This document shows, one piece after another, positions 25,050 to 33,880 of a stretch of 64,000 nucleotides of DNA. Below the pieces are notes generated by a model. It worked only from the letters and a program-made list of their open reading frames with translations. It was not told the origin of the DNA and did not search any database. Numbering within the stretch: position 1 is the stretch's first letter; every line of letters starts with the position of its first letter. Both the position numbers and the translations under genes were made by a program. Origin of the DNA: Dehalococcoidia bacterium (lineage in GTDB: Bacteria; Chloroflexota; Dehalococcoidia; Lucifugimonadales; UBA3495); assembly GCA_965220505.1 (NCBI GenBank), contig CBDCQE010000001.1, positions 1,115,082-1,179,081 of the forward strand, given 5' to 3'.

Positions 25050-27041
25050 ATGGGTTTGGTCAGGCTGGAAATCGTAACGAGGAAGCCTTTCGCCGGCGGG
25101 GAAGTGTTTGGGGACGTAGGGCGGTATGAGCAGATTGACGGGGTGGCGCACTTCGCGGTGGATCCGTCGCACCCGGACAACACGGTGATCGCCGACATCG
25201 GGCTGGCGCCGCGAAACGGTGACGGTTTGGTGGAATTCTCGTCCGATTTCCGTCTCGTCAAACCAGTGGACAATGACCACGGGAACGGTCGGCTGTTGCT
25301 GGACGTGCTGAACCGCGGCAAGGAACTGGCGCTGAAAAACCTGAACAGCGCACCGGACGGGCCGCCGGATGCCGACCCGCATCCGGGCAACGGGTTCCTG
25401 ATGAGGCAGGGTTACAGCCTGGTCTGGTGCGGGTGGCAACACGATGTGCCGGACACGCCGGGTTTGTTCCGGTGCAATGTGCCGAACGCCTACAACGCCG
25501 ACGGCTCGCCGGTTGCGGGCAAGATCGTGGTCTCTTTCCAACCGCTGGCACACAGCGACACGCAGTTTCTGTCCGACCGGGACCACCGGCCTTATCCCAC
25601 CAACCATCTGGAGAGCTGGGACTCGGTGTTGACCGTACAGGAACACGAGGATGCTCCCGAGACGGTCATTCCGCGCGAAAATTGGGCTTTCGCCCGTTTG
25701 GCCGACGGGAGGCGGGTACCCGACCCGTCACACGTGACCCTGGAAGGTGGTTTCGAGGCCGGCAAGGTGTATCGGGTGGTATACGAGACTTCCCACGCGC
25801 CGGTGGTCGGGCTGGGTTTGCTGGCGACACGGGATATCGTTGCGTGGCTACGGCACGGGAAAATGGACTCCGCGGGCACGGCCAATCCGCTGGCCGGGGC
25901 CCTGGGTCGGGCCTACGCTTACGGACGCAGCCAGAGCGGCCGTTTCCTGCGGCAGATGCTGCACCTGGGGTTGAACCGCGACGAGGACGGCAGGATCGTC
26001 TTCGAGGGGATGCTGCCCAACGTGGCCGGCGGCAAGATGGGAGAGTTCAACGTGCGGTTCGGCCAGCCGTCGAGCCTGTCCAACCGGAGCGTCAACAACC
26101 TGCCGCCGTTCCTGGATCTGGAGCAGGGCGGAGAAGAGGGCATACTTGCCGAGGTGAGCCGTCGGGGCGTGGCTCCCAAGGTGATTTACACCAACACCTC
26201 GTCGGAGTATTGGGGCGGCCACGGCGCGCTAGCTCACGTGACGCCGGACGATCGAGCCGACGCCGCGCTGCCCGACAACGTGCGTTCGTGGCTGTTCTGC
26301 GGCACGCAGCACGGACCGGCGAACCTGCCGATTTCGGACACCAACCCCGATACGGGAGCGAGGGGAACGCAAGCTCTGAACTACGTGGACTATCGCCCGC
26401 TGATGCGCGCGGCGCTGGTGCATCTGGACCATTGGGTTACCCATAACGAGCAGCCGCCAGCGAATGGGTATCCCCGATATGCGGACAATACCATCGTTGA
26501 AGCCGGGAAATTGGCGGAATTCTTCCGCGCGCTGCCGGGAGTGGAGTTCCCCCAGCACCATAAGGTCATGCGCCACCTGGACTTCGGGCCGGACCGGGCA
26601 GTCCCGACGGTGATCCCGCCGGGAGTTGGCGAGGCGTATCCATTCCTGGTGTCAGCCGTGGATTCCGACGGGAACGAAGTCGGCGGCATCCGGCTGCCGG
26701 CCATTGCGCTGCCCCTGGCCACGTACACGGGGTGGAACGTGCGCCATGCCGACATCGGCGGAACGGGTCAGGTGCTGTCGCCGGGCGGGACCGTGGTGGG
26801 CGGCGCGATTCCCTTCGCGGTGAGCCGTGCGGAGCGCGTGGCGTCCGGCGACCCGAGGCCGTCGATTGAAGAGCGGTATGGATCGCGGGACGAATACCTG
26901 GCGCGGGTGCGGGAATACGCCGAAACGCTGGTACAGCAGGGGTATCTGCTGACCGCGGACGTGGACATCGTAGTCGCGCAGGGAGCGGAGGTGTACGGCG
27001 AGATCGTGGGGGTGCGTGAGGCGGTGGCGGCGGATGACTAA
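25050..27041 (+). CDS. Large conserved hypothetical protein, probably of the alpha/beta-hydrolase-domain type
   Basis: RBS GAGGTGA. Length is 663 aa. YGRSQSGRFLRQ resembles the SQSG nucleophile-elbow-like motif I associate with a family of ~600-aa alpha/beta-hydrolase-domain proteins. This rests on memory only. Confidence 0.5.
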   Translation: MGLVRLEIVTRKPFAGGEVFGDVGRYEQIDGVAHFAVDPSHPDNTVIADIGLAPRNGDGLVEFSSDFRLVKPVDNDHGNGRLLLDVLNRGKELALKNLNSAPDGPPDADPHPGNGFLMRQGYSLVWCGWQHDVPDTPGLFRCNVPNAYNADGSPVAGKIVVSFQPLAHSDTQFLSDRDHRPYPTNHLESWDSVLTVQEHEDAPETVIPRENWAFARLADGRRVPDPSHVTLEGGFEAGKVYRVVYETSHAPVVGLGLLATRDIVAWLRHGKMDSAGTANPLAGALGRAYAYGRSQSGRFLRQMLHLGLNRDEDGRIVFEGMLPNVAGGKMGEFNVRFGQPSSLSNRSVNNLPPFLDLEQGGEEGILAEVSRRGVAPKVIYTNTSSEYWGGHGALAHVTPDDRADAALPDNVRSWLFCGTQHGPANLPISDTNPDTGARGTQALNYVDYRPLMRAALVHLDHWVTHNEQPPANGYPRYADNTIVEAGKLAEFFRALPGVEFPQHHKVMRHLDFGPDRAVPTVIPPGVGEAYPFLVSAVDSDGNEVGGIRLPAIALPLATYTGWNVRHADIGGTGQVLSPGGTVVGGAIPFAVSRAERVASGDPRPSIEERYGSRDEYLARVREYAETLVQQGYLLTADVDIVVAQGAEVYGEIVGVREAVAADD

Positions 27042-27080
27042 CCACGGGAGCCGTTTCTTGCCCGCAACGGAGGAACGAAG

Positions 27081-27593
27081 ATGTCGGTAACGGCTATCAA
27101 AGTTGCTATTTTGAAGGCTCGGAAACAACTGGAATTATTTGATCGGCATGATTACGAGTACAACGAAACTACAACCCGTTACGTGCTGATCGACCCTCTG
27201 GTCCGAGCCTCGGGGTGGGACATACACGATCTGGACCAATGCACCTTCGAATGGAGTATGCCAAGGCGCAGCCCCATCGGGAGGTCGGACTACGTGCTGT
27301 GGGACTCGGACGATGAAAGTGTCATTGTGATAGAAGCCAAAAGCATAGGCATAGCCCTGAAGACCCGCCCACCGTCAATAGAGCGCAAACTGGCAGGGTA
27401 CACTCGGGGAATGAAACGCGGTGTTGCAGTGCTGACCAACGGCCTATGTTGGCACCTATACGAACTGGATTCCAGTCGCAGGGCGTTCAAGAACAAGCAT
27501 GTGGCAGAGGTGGATATTCGGGAAGGCTATGGGAGCATTAGTGGTGCGGCCAAGACTTTGCATGAGTGGCTGAACAAAGATCGATGGCGGTAG
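27081..27593 (+). CDS. Stand-alone HsdR_N-like PD-(D/E)xK nuclease-fold protein (type I restriction enzyme R N-terminal domain-like)
   Basis: NETTTRYVLIDPLVRASGW...RSDYVLWD...VIVIEAKS gives the D...ExK arrangement typical of HsdR_N/Mrr-like domains. RBS GGAGGAA precedes ATG 27081. Confidence 0.6.
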   Translation: MSVTAIKVAILKARKQLELFDRHDYEYNETTTRYVLIDPLVRASGWDIHDLDQCTFEWSMPRRSPIGRSDYVLWDSDDESVIVIEAKSIGIALKTRPPSIERKLAGYTRGMKRGVAVLTNGLCWHLYELDSSRRAFKNKHVAEVDIREGYGSISGAAKTLHEWLNKDRWR

Positions 27594-27628
27594 CGGTTCC
27601 GGTCTGAACTGCGCAGGGAGATGTAGAA

Positions 27629-27835
27629 GTGGACGAGCTCGTTTTTGAGGTTACCGAGGCCGTCGAGGGCGGATACGATGCGCGGGCTGTTGGGCACAGC
27701 ATCTTCACGCAGGGGAACGATTGGGCAGACCTGAAAGCGATGGTGAAGGATGCGGTGCTTTGTCATTTTGATGATGACGAGTTGCCCGCCGCAATTCGGC
27801 TACACTTGGTGAAGGATGAAGTCATGATCGTATGA
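27629..27835 (+). CDS. hicB: HicB-like antitoxin (68 aa)
   Basis: Small acidic protein with a GTG start and RBS GGGAG. Its stop overlaps the hicA start (ATGA). The sequence EVTEAVEGGYDARAVGHSIFTQGNDWADLKAMVKDAV is typical of the HicB N-terminal fold. Confidence 0.6.
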   Translation: MDELVFEVTEAVEGGYDARAVGHSIFTQGNDWADLKAMVKDAVLCHFDDDELPAAIRLHLVKDEVMIV

Positions 27836-28086
27836 CGCTGCCACGTGATCTTTCGGGCGACGAGTTGGTTAGGTTGTTGCGCCGCAACTATGGATACCGC
27901 TTGATTCGGCAGCGGGGCAGCCACTTGCGATTGGCGAGCAATTTTCGTGGCACCGAGCATCGCGTGTCGGTTCCTCGTCATCGGCAATTGAATGTGGGAA
28001 CATTGAGCGGCATCATATCCGACGTTGCAGAATACTTGGGTTTGACGTCCACGGAAGTGCGCCGAGTTCTGTTCGACAACACCTAA
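27832..28086 (+). CDS. hicA: HicA-family mRNA interferase toxin
   Basis: LSGDELVRLLRRNYGYRLIRQRGSHLRL... matches the HicA/YcfA pattern (G-x-x-x-R-Q-x-GSH). Confidence 0.75.
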   Translation: MTLPRDLSGDELVRLLRRNYGYRLIRQRGSHLRLASNFRGTEHRVSVPRHRQLNVGTLSGIISDVAEYLGLTSTEVRRVLFDNT

Positions 28087-28112
28087 TCCGTTTAGACAAA
28101 GGAGCACACGTT

Positions 28113-28955
28113 ATGTCAGTCGGAACTTCCATACCGCTGCCGGCCTACACGCTGGATCCGGCCTTCATGGCCCGCACCGCCGAGGCGTTGGGGTTTGAGT
28201 CGATCTGGTACGCGGAGCACCCTATCCTGCCGGTGCAGAGCGCCAGCCAGTTTCCATCGGGGGGCGAGATACCGTGGACCTACGCCCACTTCGCCGACCC
28301 GTACATCGCGCTGGCGCGGGCTTCCGGGGCCACCAGCACCATCAAGCTGGGGACCGGCATCACCCTGGTGCCGGAACGGAACCCGTTGATGCTGGCTAAA
28401 GAGATCGCCACCCTGGACCGGGTCAGCGGCGGGAGGTTCCTCTTTGGCATCGGCGCCGGCTGGAACCGGGAAGAAACCGAGATATTCGGTGGAGACTTTG
28501 ACCACCGCTGGACGCAAACCCGGGAAGCCGTTGATGTGATGAAAGAACTGTGGACCAAGGACGAGGCGGAATTCCACGGGACGTACTACGATTTTCCGCC
28601 GGTCAAGTCCAACCCCAAACCGGTTCAGGACCCTCACCCGCCGGTGATACTGGGCGGACTGGCGCGCCGGGTGTTGCAACGGGTCGCGACCTGGGGCGAC
28701 GGCTGGCTACCTAATCGGATCACGCCGGCCGAGGTGGAGGAGAGCCGCAAACGGTTGGACGAGTTGGCCGAAGCGAGAGGGCGTGACCCTAAATCGCTGA
28801 CGATCTCAGTGTACGGTCAGGCTCCGGACGGGCAGTTGGTGCAGGATTTCCTGAACGCGGGAGCCAACCGCGTGGTGGTGCGTCCGGAGCACTGCGAGAC
28901 CGAAGCCGAGATGTCGGCGCAGATGGAGCGGATCGCGGAAGCAGTGATTCGCTGA
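28113..28955 (+). CDS. LLM-class (luciferase-like) flavin/F420-dependent oxidoreductase
   Basis: LGFESIWYAEHP...TSTIKLGTGITLVPERNPLMLAKEIATLDRVSGGRFLFGIGAGW is characteristic of the family. RBS AAGGAG. Confidence 0.85.
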   Translation: MSVGTSIPLPAYTLDPAFMARTAEALGFESIWYAEHPILPVQSASQFPSGGEIPWTYAHFADPYIALARASGATSTIKLGTGITLVPERNPLMLAKEIATLDRVSGGRFLFGIGAGWNREETEIFGGDFDHRWTQTREAVDVMKELWTKDEAEFHGTYYDFPPVKSNPKPVQDPHPPVILGGLARRVLQRVATWGDGWLPNRITPAEVEESRKRLDELAEARGRDPKSLTISVYGQAPDGQLVQDFLNAGANRVVVRPEHCETEAEMSAQMERIAEAVIR

Positions 28956-29037
28956 ACGGCGGTCAAGGGCGATTACAGGTCGGCGGGCTGTAGAATGGTT
29001 CGCGTCGGTTCGGCCGGCACACGCGAAGAAGAGAGGT

Positions 29038-30399
29038 ATGGAGCATATGGACCGCACCACCGAGCTGTTGAGTTCCTACGCTTGCAATCTCACCTACGAG
29101 GACCTGCCGCCCGAGGTGGTGCATCAAGTCAAGCGCACCGTTGCCGATACGCTGGGGTGCGCCGTCGGTGGCTACCTGAGCGAGCCGGCCAAGGTAGCCC
29201 GCAAGCTGGCCGGAGATGTGACGAGCAAAACCTCGGCCCGGATCCTGGGCACGTACGACCGGTCGTCGCTGGACATGGCCGGGTTCGCCAACGGGGTCAT
29301 GGTGCGGTACCTGGACTGCAACGACTCGTACTTCTCCCCCGGCGGCGGCCATCCCAGCGACATGATCCCGGCGGCGCTGGCCGTGGGGGACAGCGTCGAA
29401 GCGGACGGGCGGACGATCATAACGGCGATCGCGCTGGCCTACGAGGCATTCTGCCGCATCGCCGACCACGTGCCGGACAACCAATGGGACCAGGGCGTCC
29501 TCAGCGTGATCGGGGCGGCGTGCGCGGCCGGGAAGATCCTGGGTCTCGACGAGGAGCAGATGGGCCACGCCATTTCGCTGGCGGTGGTGCCCAACGTGCC
29601 CCTGCGCGTGACCCGGATGGGCGAGTTGTCGATGTGGAAGGGATGCGCCGCCGCGGCAGCGACGCGGGCCGGCATCTTCGCCGCACAATTGGCAGCCGAG
29701 GGCATGACCGGACCCTTTGAGCCGTTCGAGGGACGTAAGGGGTTGTGGGAGCAGGCCATCGGGTATCCCATTGAGCTTAACGCCATGGGCGGCGACGACG
29801 CTCCGTTCCGGATCACGGACACGATCTTCAAGTTCTACCCATCGCAAATACACACGCAGGCTCCCATAGACCTGGCGATTCAGCTGCACGACCGGGTGGA
29901 CGTGGGCGACATCGCGTCGATCAAGATCCAGTCGTATCGTTCGGCGGTGAGCAGCGCGTCCACCGAGCCCGAAAAGTGGGACCCCAAGACCCGGGAAACG
30001 GCCGACCATAGCATCCCGTTCCTGGCGGCCGTGGGCCTCCGGGACGGAGAGGTCACTCCGGCCACGTTTGCGCCGGATCGCATAGCCGACTCCGGACTGC
30101 GCGCGGTCATCAACAAGATGCGGATCGACGAGAACGCGGAGTTCACAGAGCGATACCCTGCCGAGTACAACTGCCGCATCGAGGTGATCAAGAACAACGG
30201 GCAAACCGAGGTGGCGGAAACCAGCTTCCCCAAGGGGCATGGCAAGAATCCTCTGAGCGATGCCGACGTGGACGCCAAGTTCCGACGATTGGCCTGCCCT
30301 ACGATCACTGAACAGCAATGCGAACAGGCGCTGGAGCTGATCTGGTCGCTGGAGAACCTGCCGAATATCCAGGACATATTCGACAGCCTGGTGGTGTAA
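29038..30399 (+). CDS. MmgE/PrpD family protein (2-methylcitrate dehydratase-like)
   Basis: The N-terminus ...YACNLTYEDLPPEVVHQVKRTVADTLGCAVGG and the 453-aa length are typical of MmgE/PrpD. Confidence 0.85.
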   Translation: MEHMDRTTELLSSYACNLTYEDLPPEVVHQVKRTVADTLGCAVGGYLSEPAKVARKLAGDVTSKTSARILGTYDRSSLDMAGFANGVMVRYLDCNDSYFSPGGGHPSDMIPAALAVGDSVEADGRTIITAIALAYEAFCRIADHVPDNQWDQGVLSVIGAACAAGKILGLDEEQMGHAISLAVVPNVPLRVTRMGELSMWKGCAAAAATRAGIFAAQLAAEGMTGPFEPFEGRKGLWEQAIGYPIELNAMGGDDAPFRITDTIFKFYPSQIHTQAPIDLAIQLHDRVDVGDIASIKIQSYRSAVSSASTEPEKWDPKTRETADHSIPFLAAVGLRDGEVTPATFAPDRIADSGLRAVINKMRIDENAEFTERYPAEYNCRIEVIKNNGQTEVAETSFPKGHGKNPLSDADVDAKFRRLACPTITEQQCEQALELIWSLENLPNIQDIFDSLVV

Positions 30400-30520
30400 C
30401 GCGGAGGACCGGGTTTCTGCGGGTCCCGCCAGCGATTTACGGACTGAGCAATCCAGGCAGATAGGCCGGACGTATAGACGGATAACCGGGCATTATTGAA
30501 CCCCTGATAATTTTGGAGGG

Positions 30521-31096
30521 GTGGTGTCAGATAACCCACATCGCGAAGACGCCCAGCGCATAGCATCAGTCGGCGCCGGCGACGAAAGAGCCCTGGAAGA
30601 GATCTATGATCGTTACGCCCAGCGGGTTTTTTCGCTGGCAGTTTCGGTCCTGAAGGACGAAGCCCTGGCCGAGGATGCCGTTCAGGAGGTGTTCACCAAC
30701 ATCTGGCTGAAAGCCGATAGCTACCGGCCCGAAATGGCGGCGCCGAGCACCTGGATCATGTCCGTAGCGCACCACAAGGTGGTGGACATGTACCGATCCC
30801 GTAAGCGCACCACGGATCACACGGTGTATCCGGAGATGGACGCGCTGCACCGGATACCTGACGCTAAAATAAGCGTGGAACGCGAGGTGGAGCGCGGTTT
30901 CGATGCCAGGCTGGTACGTGAAGCGCTGCTGACCCTGCCCGAGGAGCAGAGCCGGCCCTTGTACCTCTCAGCCTGGCACGGTTACAGCCAATCAGAGATC
31001 TCCAACATGTTGGGGATACCATTGGGGACGGTGAAGACCCGAATGCGTCTCGGGATGCAAAAGCTCAAGGCAGCGTTGGAAGCTCATGTGGTCTGA
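30521..31096 (+). CDS. ECF-type RNA polymerase sigma-70 family factor
   Basis: Region 2 (ALEEIYDRYAQRVFSLAVSVL...AEDAVQEVF) and region 4 HTH (GYSQSEISNMLGIPLGTVKTRM). GTG start at 30521 or 30524. Confidence 0.85.
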   Translation: MVSDNPHREDAQRIASVGAGDERALEEIYDRYAQRVFSLAVSVLKDEALAEDAVQEVFTNIWLKADSYRPEMAAPSTWIMSVAHHKVVDMYRSRKRTTDHTVYPEMDALHRIPDAKISVEREVERGFDARLVREALLTLPEEQSRPLYLSAWHGYSQSEISNMLGIPLGTVKTRMRLGMQKLKAALEAHVV

Positions 31097-32183
31097 CAAT
31101 CCAGGCGAAATTTACGCCGGATCGGAACACCCCGAAGGGGAACTGGCGGCCTTTGCGCTCAACGCGCTGGACGACGCCGAGTTCCAAGCGGTGTTCCACC
31201 ACGTGATCCGGTGCCCGCACTGTCAAGAGGTGCTGCTGGGTTTCCAGGAGACGGCGGCGAGGCTTACGGCCACAGCTCCGGAGGTTCCGCTGCCGGCCGG
31301 CCTGAAGCAGCGCGTGCTGACCAACTCCATCGGCCGCAGGAGCGGCTCGGAAACGGTACGGCGCGTCGATCCTGATCCGCGCTGGTCGATGAAGCGATTG
31401 CGCCGTTGGATCGCCCCGGTGGCAGTAGGAACATTGAGCCTGTTGTTGGCTGCCTCGGTGGGTTTCATGATTTCGCAGCAGCAGGAAATCGACAGCCTGA
31501 CGGCAGCGCAAGAGGAAATGGCGACACGGCATGAAACGGTTGCACTGGCTTCGGCGAGCGCAGCGGTTGCGGCGTTGTCACCCGCAGAGGCGCCGCCACC
31601 GGAGGCGGCGCAGGCCATTGCCGAGTCGTCACCAGCGGCGACAGTGGGCGAGGTGCAGGTCGACAAGCCAGTGGGTTCAGCGAACCTGGCCAGGAACATC
31701 AACCAGGTGGAGGGTTCTTCGAGGGTTAAAGCGCAAGTCGAGGACGGAACCGAGTCCGTGGACCAGGTCAAGAAGGAAATGGCGGACATGGTCCAGGCCA
31801 CCGTGCTTTCGGCCCAACCGGAAACGGAAAAGCTCCCGATGACGTCACCTTTGGGAACGGAACCGACGGCCCACGGGCTGTTGATGCTGCATCCTTCCGG
31901 CAAACGGGGCGTCCTGATGGTTTCCGGGATGCCGGCGGATACCTACCAGATCTGGCTGGTTCGCGATGACCAGCGGATGTTGATCGACCGCATCGTGGTG
32001 AACGAGGATGACGGAAGCGGCGTCAAGGACCTGGAACTGGACGAATCGGTGTTCGGGTTCCACGAGGTGGCATTGGTGCCGGACGAGCGGCACGGTCCGA
32101 CGGCGCCCACGGGCGAGATGTTCCTGAGCACTCGCATCATTGGTGGACCTCCGATGCCGCCGTCAATCTGGAGAGGGAGGTGA
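31086..32183 (+). CDS. Anti-sigma factor (zf-HC2, single TM, extracytoplasmic RskA-like domain)
   Basis: It overlaps the sigma gene by 11 nt. The HHVIRCPHCQEVL zinc-finger motif is followed by a TM helix (IAPVAVGTLSLLLAASVGFMI). Confidence 0.75.
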   Translation: MWSDNPGEIYAGSEHPEGELAAFALNALDDAEFQAVFHHVIRCPHCQEVLLGFQETAARLTATAPEVPLPAGLKQRVLTNSIGRRSGSETVRRVDPDPRWSMKRLRRWIAPVAVGTLSLLLAASVGFMISQQQEIDSLTAAQEEMATRHETVALASASAAVAALSPAEAPPPEAAQAIAESSPAATVGEVQVDKPVGSANLARNINQVEGSSRVKAQVEDGTESVDQVKKEMADMVQATVLSAQPETEKLPMTSPLGTEPTAHGLLMLHPSGKRGVLMVSGMPADTYQIWLVRDDQRMLIDRIVVNEDDGSGVKDLELDESVFGFHEVALVPDERHGPTAPTGEMFLSTRIIGGPPMPPSIWRGR

Positions 32184-32189
32184 TGCAAC

Positions 32190-32342
32190 ATGACCAGCCA
32201 GAGAACTGTGCCTCAGGCTCCCCGTCCCCCGAGGCGTGACGACGGGCTGGACTGCGAGATCTGCGGAAACCGCATGTACGAACGCAGCTGCAAGATCATC
32301 TGCCGCAACTGCGGGTTCACCAGGGACTGCTCAGACCCGTAG
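32190..32342 (+). CDS. Small zinc-ribbon protein (50 aa). It is absent from the ORF track because it is under 60 aa.
   Basis: RBS GGGAGGTG lies 7 nt upstream of ATG 32190. The translation is MTSQRTVPQAPRPPRRDDGLDCEICGNRMYERSCKIICRNCGFTRDCSDP, with CxxC...CxxC. Confidence 0.45.
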   Translation: MTSQRTVPQAPRPPRRDDGLDCEICGNRMYERSCKIICRNCGFTRDCSDP

Positions 32343-32354
32343 CGGCCAGCGGGA

Positions 32355-33779
32355 TCAACGCTGGGGGAACGGCCACCACACCGGGGCGTTGCGCAAAGGC
32401 AGGCGCCGAAAGAGTTCCGGCTGCGCCGCGACGGCAAGGCGCATCGCCTCCAGGATCGGCTCACGGATGGACCGGTGGGCTTCGCGGGAACTGCGCAGCT
32501 TGAACAGGTGGTAGCACTCGCGGAGGTTCATCCGGGACAAGACCCGCTGGCGGTGGGCGTGGGTTACGGCGTACTGAGCCAACGCGGGGTGCTCGCCGGC
32601 CAGCGCCGAATACAGCCGCTCCGACTGGGAAACGGCCGGCTCGAATACACCGGTCAGGCCGGATTCTTTGACCAGGGGAGGCGTATCGCAGCCGTTGGCG
32701 ACGGTCAGCGGCTGCCCAAGGTAGGTCTGCATCCGGTGGCGACGGAATTCCCGCATGGCGCCGTAGTCGAAGACAAACTCGAAGGTGTAGCCGGCCAGCT
32801 CAAACTCGCGGGGGGCGGCATCGTGCGGGCCGATGTCCCGGACAGCGCCGTCGATCAGCTCTATTCGCTGCACTTCGGTCATGACTTCGGACACGGCTAG
32901 AGCGTGGCCGTAGTCGCCGCCCCGGCGGAACAGCAGGGCGGCCGCAAGCTTGCGCGTGGCGTCGCGGTCGAAATCGAGCAGCCTGACGGAGATTGACGAG
33001 GTGCCGGGCGCCGCTTCGTCCGCTGGAGCAGGTACCTGGCGGCGCCCGGCGAGGTAGGCGCTGTGATCGGCGTACTTGACGAGGGTAGGGGTGATCGAAC
33101 GGCCCTGCTCACGCAACTCTGAGCCCACATCACGCTCCTCAGCCAAGTCCGAGGAGATCAATTTGCTGATGGCGTGCTCGAGCGTGCGGGCATTGGCGGT
33201 GACACCCACGTTGGTGAGGGTGGACGCGGGCAGGACGGCGCGGCACGCATCGGTAGCCTGGCGGCGCAACCGCAGGTCGTACGCGGAAGCGCGTTCGGCG
33301 TCGCGCTGCGGGTGCCGGGACCGCAGATGGGACATGACCCCGTCGATGAGCTGGGCGTAGGCCACGAACAGCGCGCGGCATACGGACACGTACTCGGCCC
33401 GGAGAGCAGGAAGATTGTCCAGCTCCGACGGGATGTGAAAGCTCCCGGGGTCGATGACCTGGTAGCGGGAGGACTTCTCGGTGTACGACGCGAGGCGGTT
33501 ATCTTCCAGGGTGTCGCAGGCCAGGCGGGAAATGTTCTCCACGGCCAGGTGAAGTATCGCGTGTTCGGCCACCGACGCATGACCGTATCCGACTACCCAG
33601 CGTTCGTTGAAGTCGGCGGCGCGTTCAGCAGACACCTGGGCGGCGATTTCGTCGAAAGGTTCGGGCCGACGGGAGGTCATCGCGAAGGTGACCGCGATTT
33701 GCTCCTCGGTGAGGTCAAGCGGCGAAAGGGGGTAGATGCGCCGTTGACTATCCGGCTGCTGGTCGGGTGGTTGCTGCAT
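32355..33779 (-). CDS. thyX: Tandem-domain FAD-dependent thymidylate synthase ThyX-like protein
   Basis: Two ThyX-like halves. The first has GHASVAEH...EKSSRY. The second has FRRHRMQTY...NLRECYHLFKLRSSREAH. At ~474 aa it is about twice a canonical ThyX. The start is taken at ATG 33779. Confidence 0.75.
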   Translation of the reverse strand: MQQPPDQQPDSQRRIYPLSPLDLTEEQIAVTFAMTSRRPEPFDEIAAQVSAERAADFNERWVVGYGHASVAEHAILHLAVENISRLACDTLEDNRLASYTEKSSRYQVIDPGSFHIPSELDNLPALRAEYVSVCRALFVAYAQLIDGVMSHLRSRHPQRDAERASAYDLRLRRQATDACRAVLPASTLTNVGVTANARTLEHAISKLISSDLAEERDVGSELREQGRSITPTLVKYADHSAYLAGRRQVPAPADEAAPGTSSISVRLLDFDRDATRKLAAALLFRRGGDYGHALAVSEVMTEVQRIELIDGAVRDIGPHDAAPREFELAGYTFEFVFDYGAMREFRRHRMQTYLGQPLTVANGCDTPPLVKESGLTGVFEPAVSQSERLYSALAGEHPALAQYAVTHAHRQRVLSRMNLRECYHLFKLRSSREAHRSIREPILEAMRLAVAAQPELFRRLPLRNAPVWWPFPQR

Positions 33780-33822
33780 ACGATCGATCAATCTCCTATC
33801 TGGAGCGCATTGTAACTACTAT

Positions 33823-33852
33823 CGAAAAGGCCGCCCAATTTAGCGGGCGGCC
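33823..33852 (-). terminator. Rho-independent terminator ending the lpd-E1-E2-TPP-methyltransferase operon
   Basis: GGCCGCCC (33829-33836) / GGGCGGCC (33845-33852). On the minus strand it is followed by TTTTCGATAG. Confidence 0.7.
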
Positions 33853-33880
33853 GTTCAGTAAGGGTTTTCGGACGCTGGAA

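Noticed and set aside
28963-30318. 451-aa minus-strand ORF. Similar long shadow ORFs occur at 53544..54902(-), 23092..24663(-), 34619..36034(+), 40162..41472(+), 17847..19073(+), 38912..39913(+) and 13704..14630(-).
   Set aside because: All lie antisense to genes with clear family signatures. They have Arg/Gly/His/Pro-rich, low-complexity translations typical of high-GC shadow frames. They have no RBS and no recognisable motifs.
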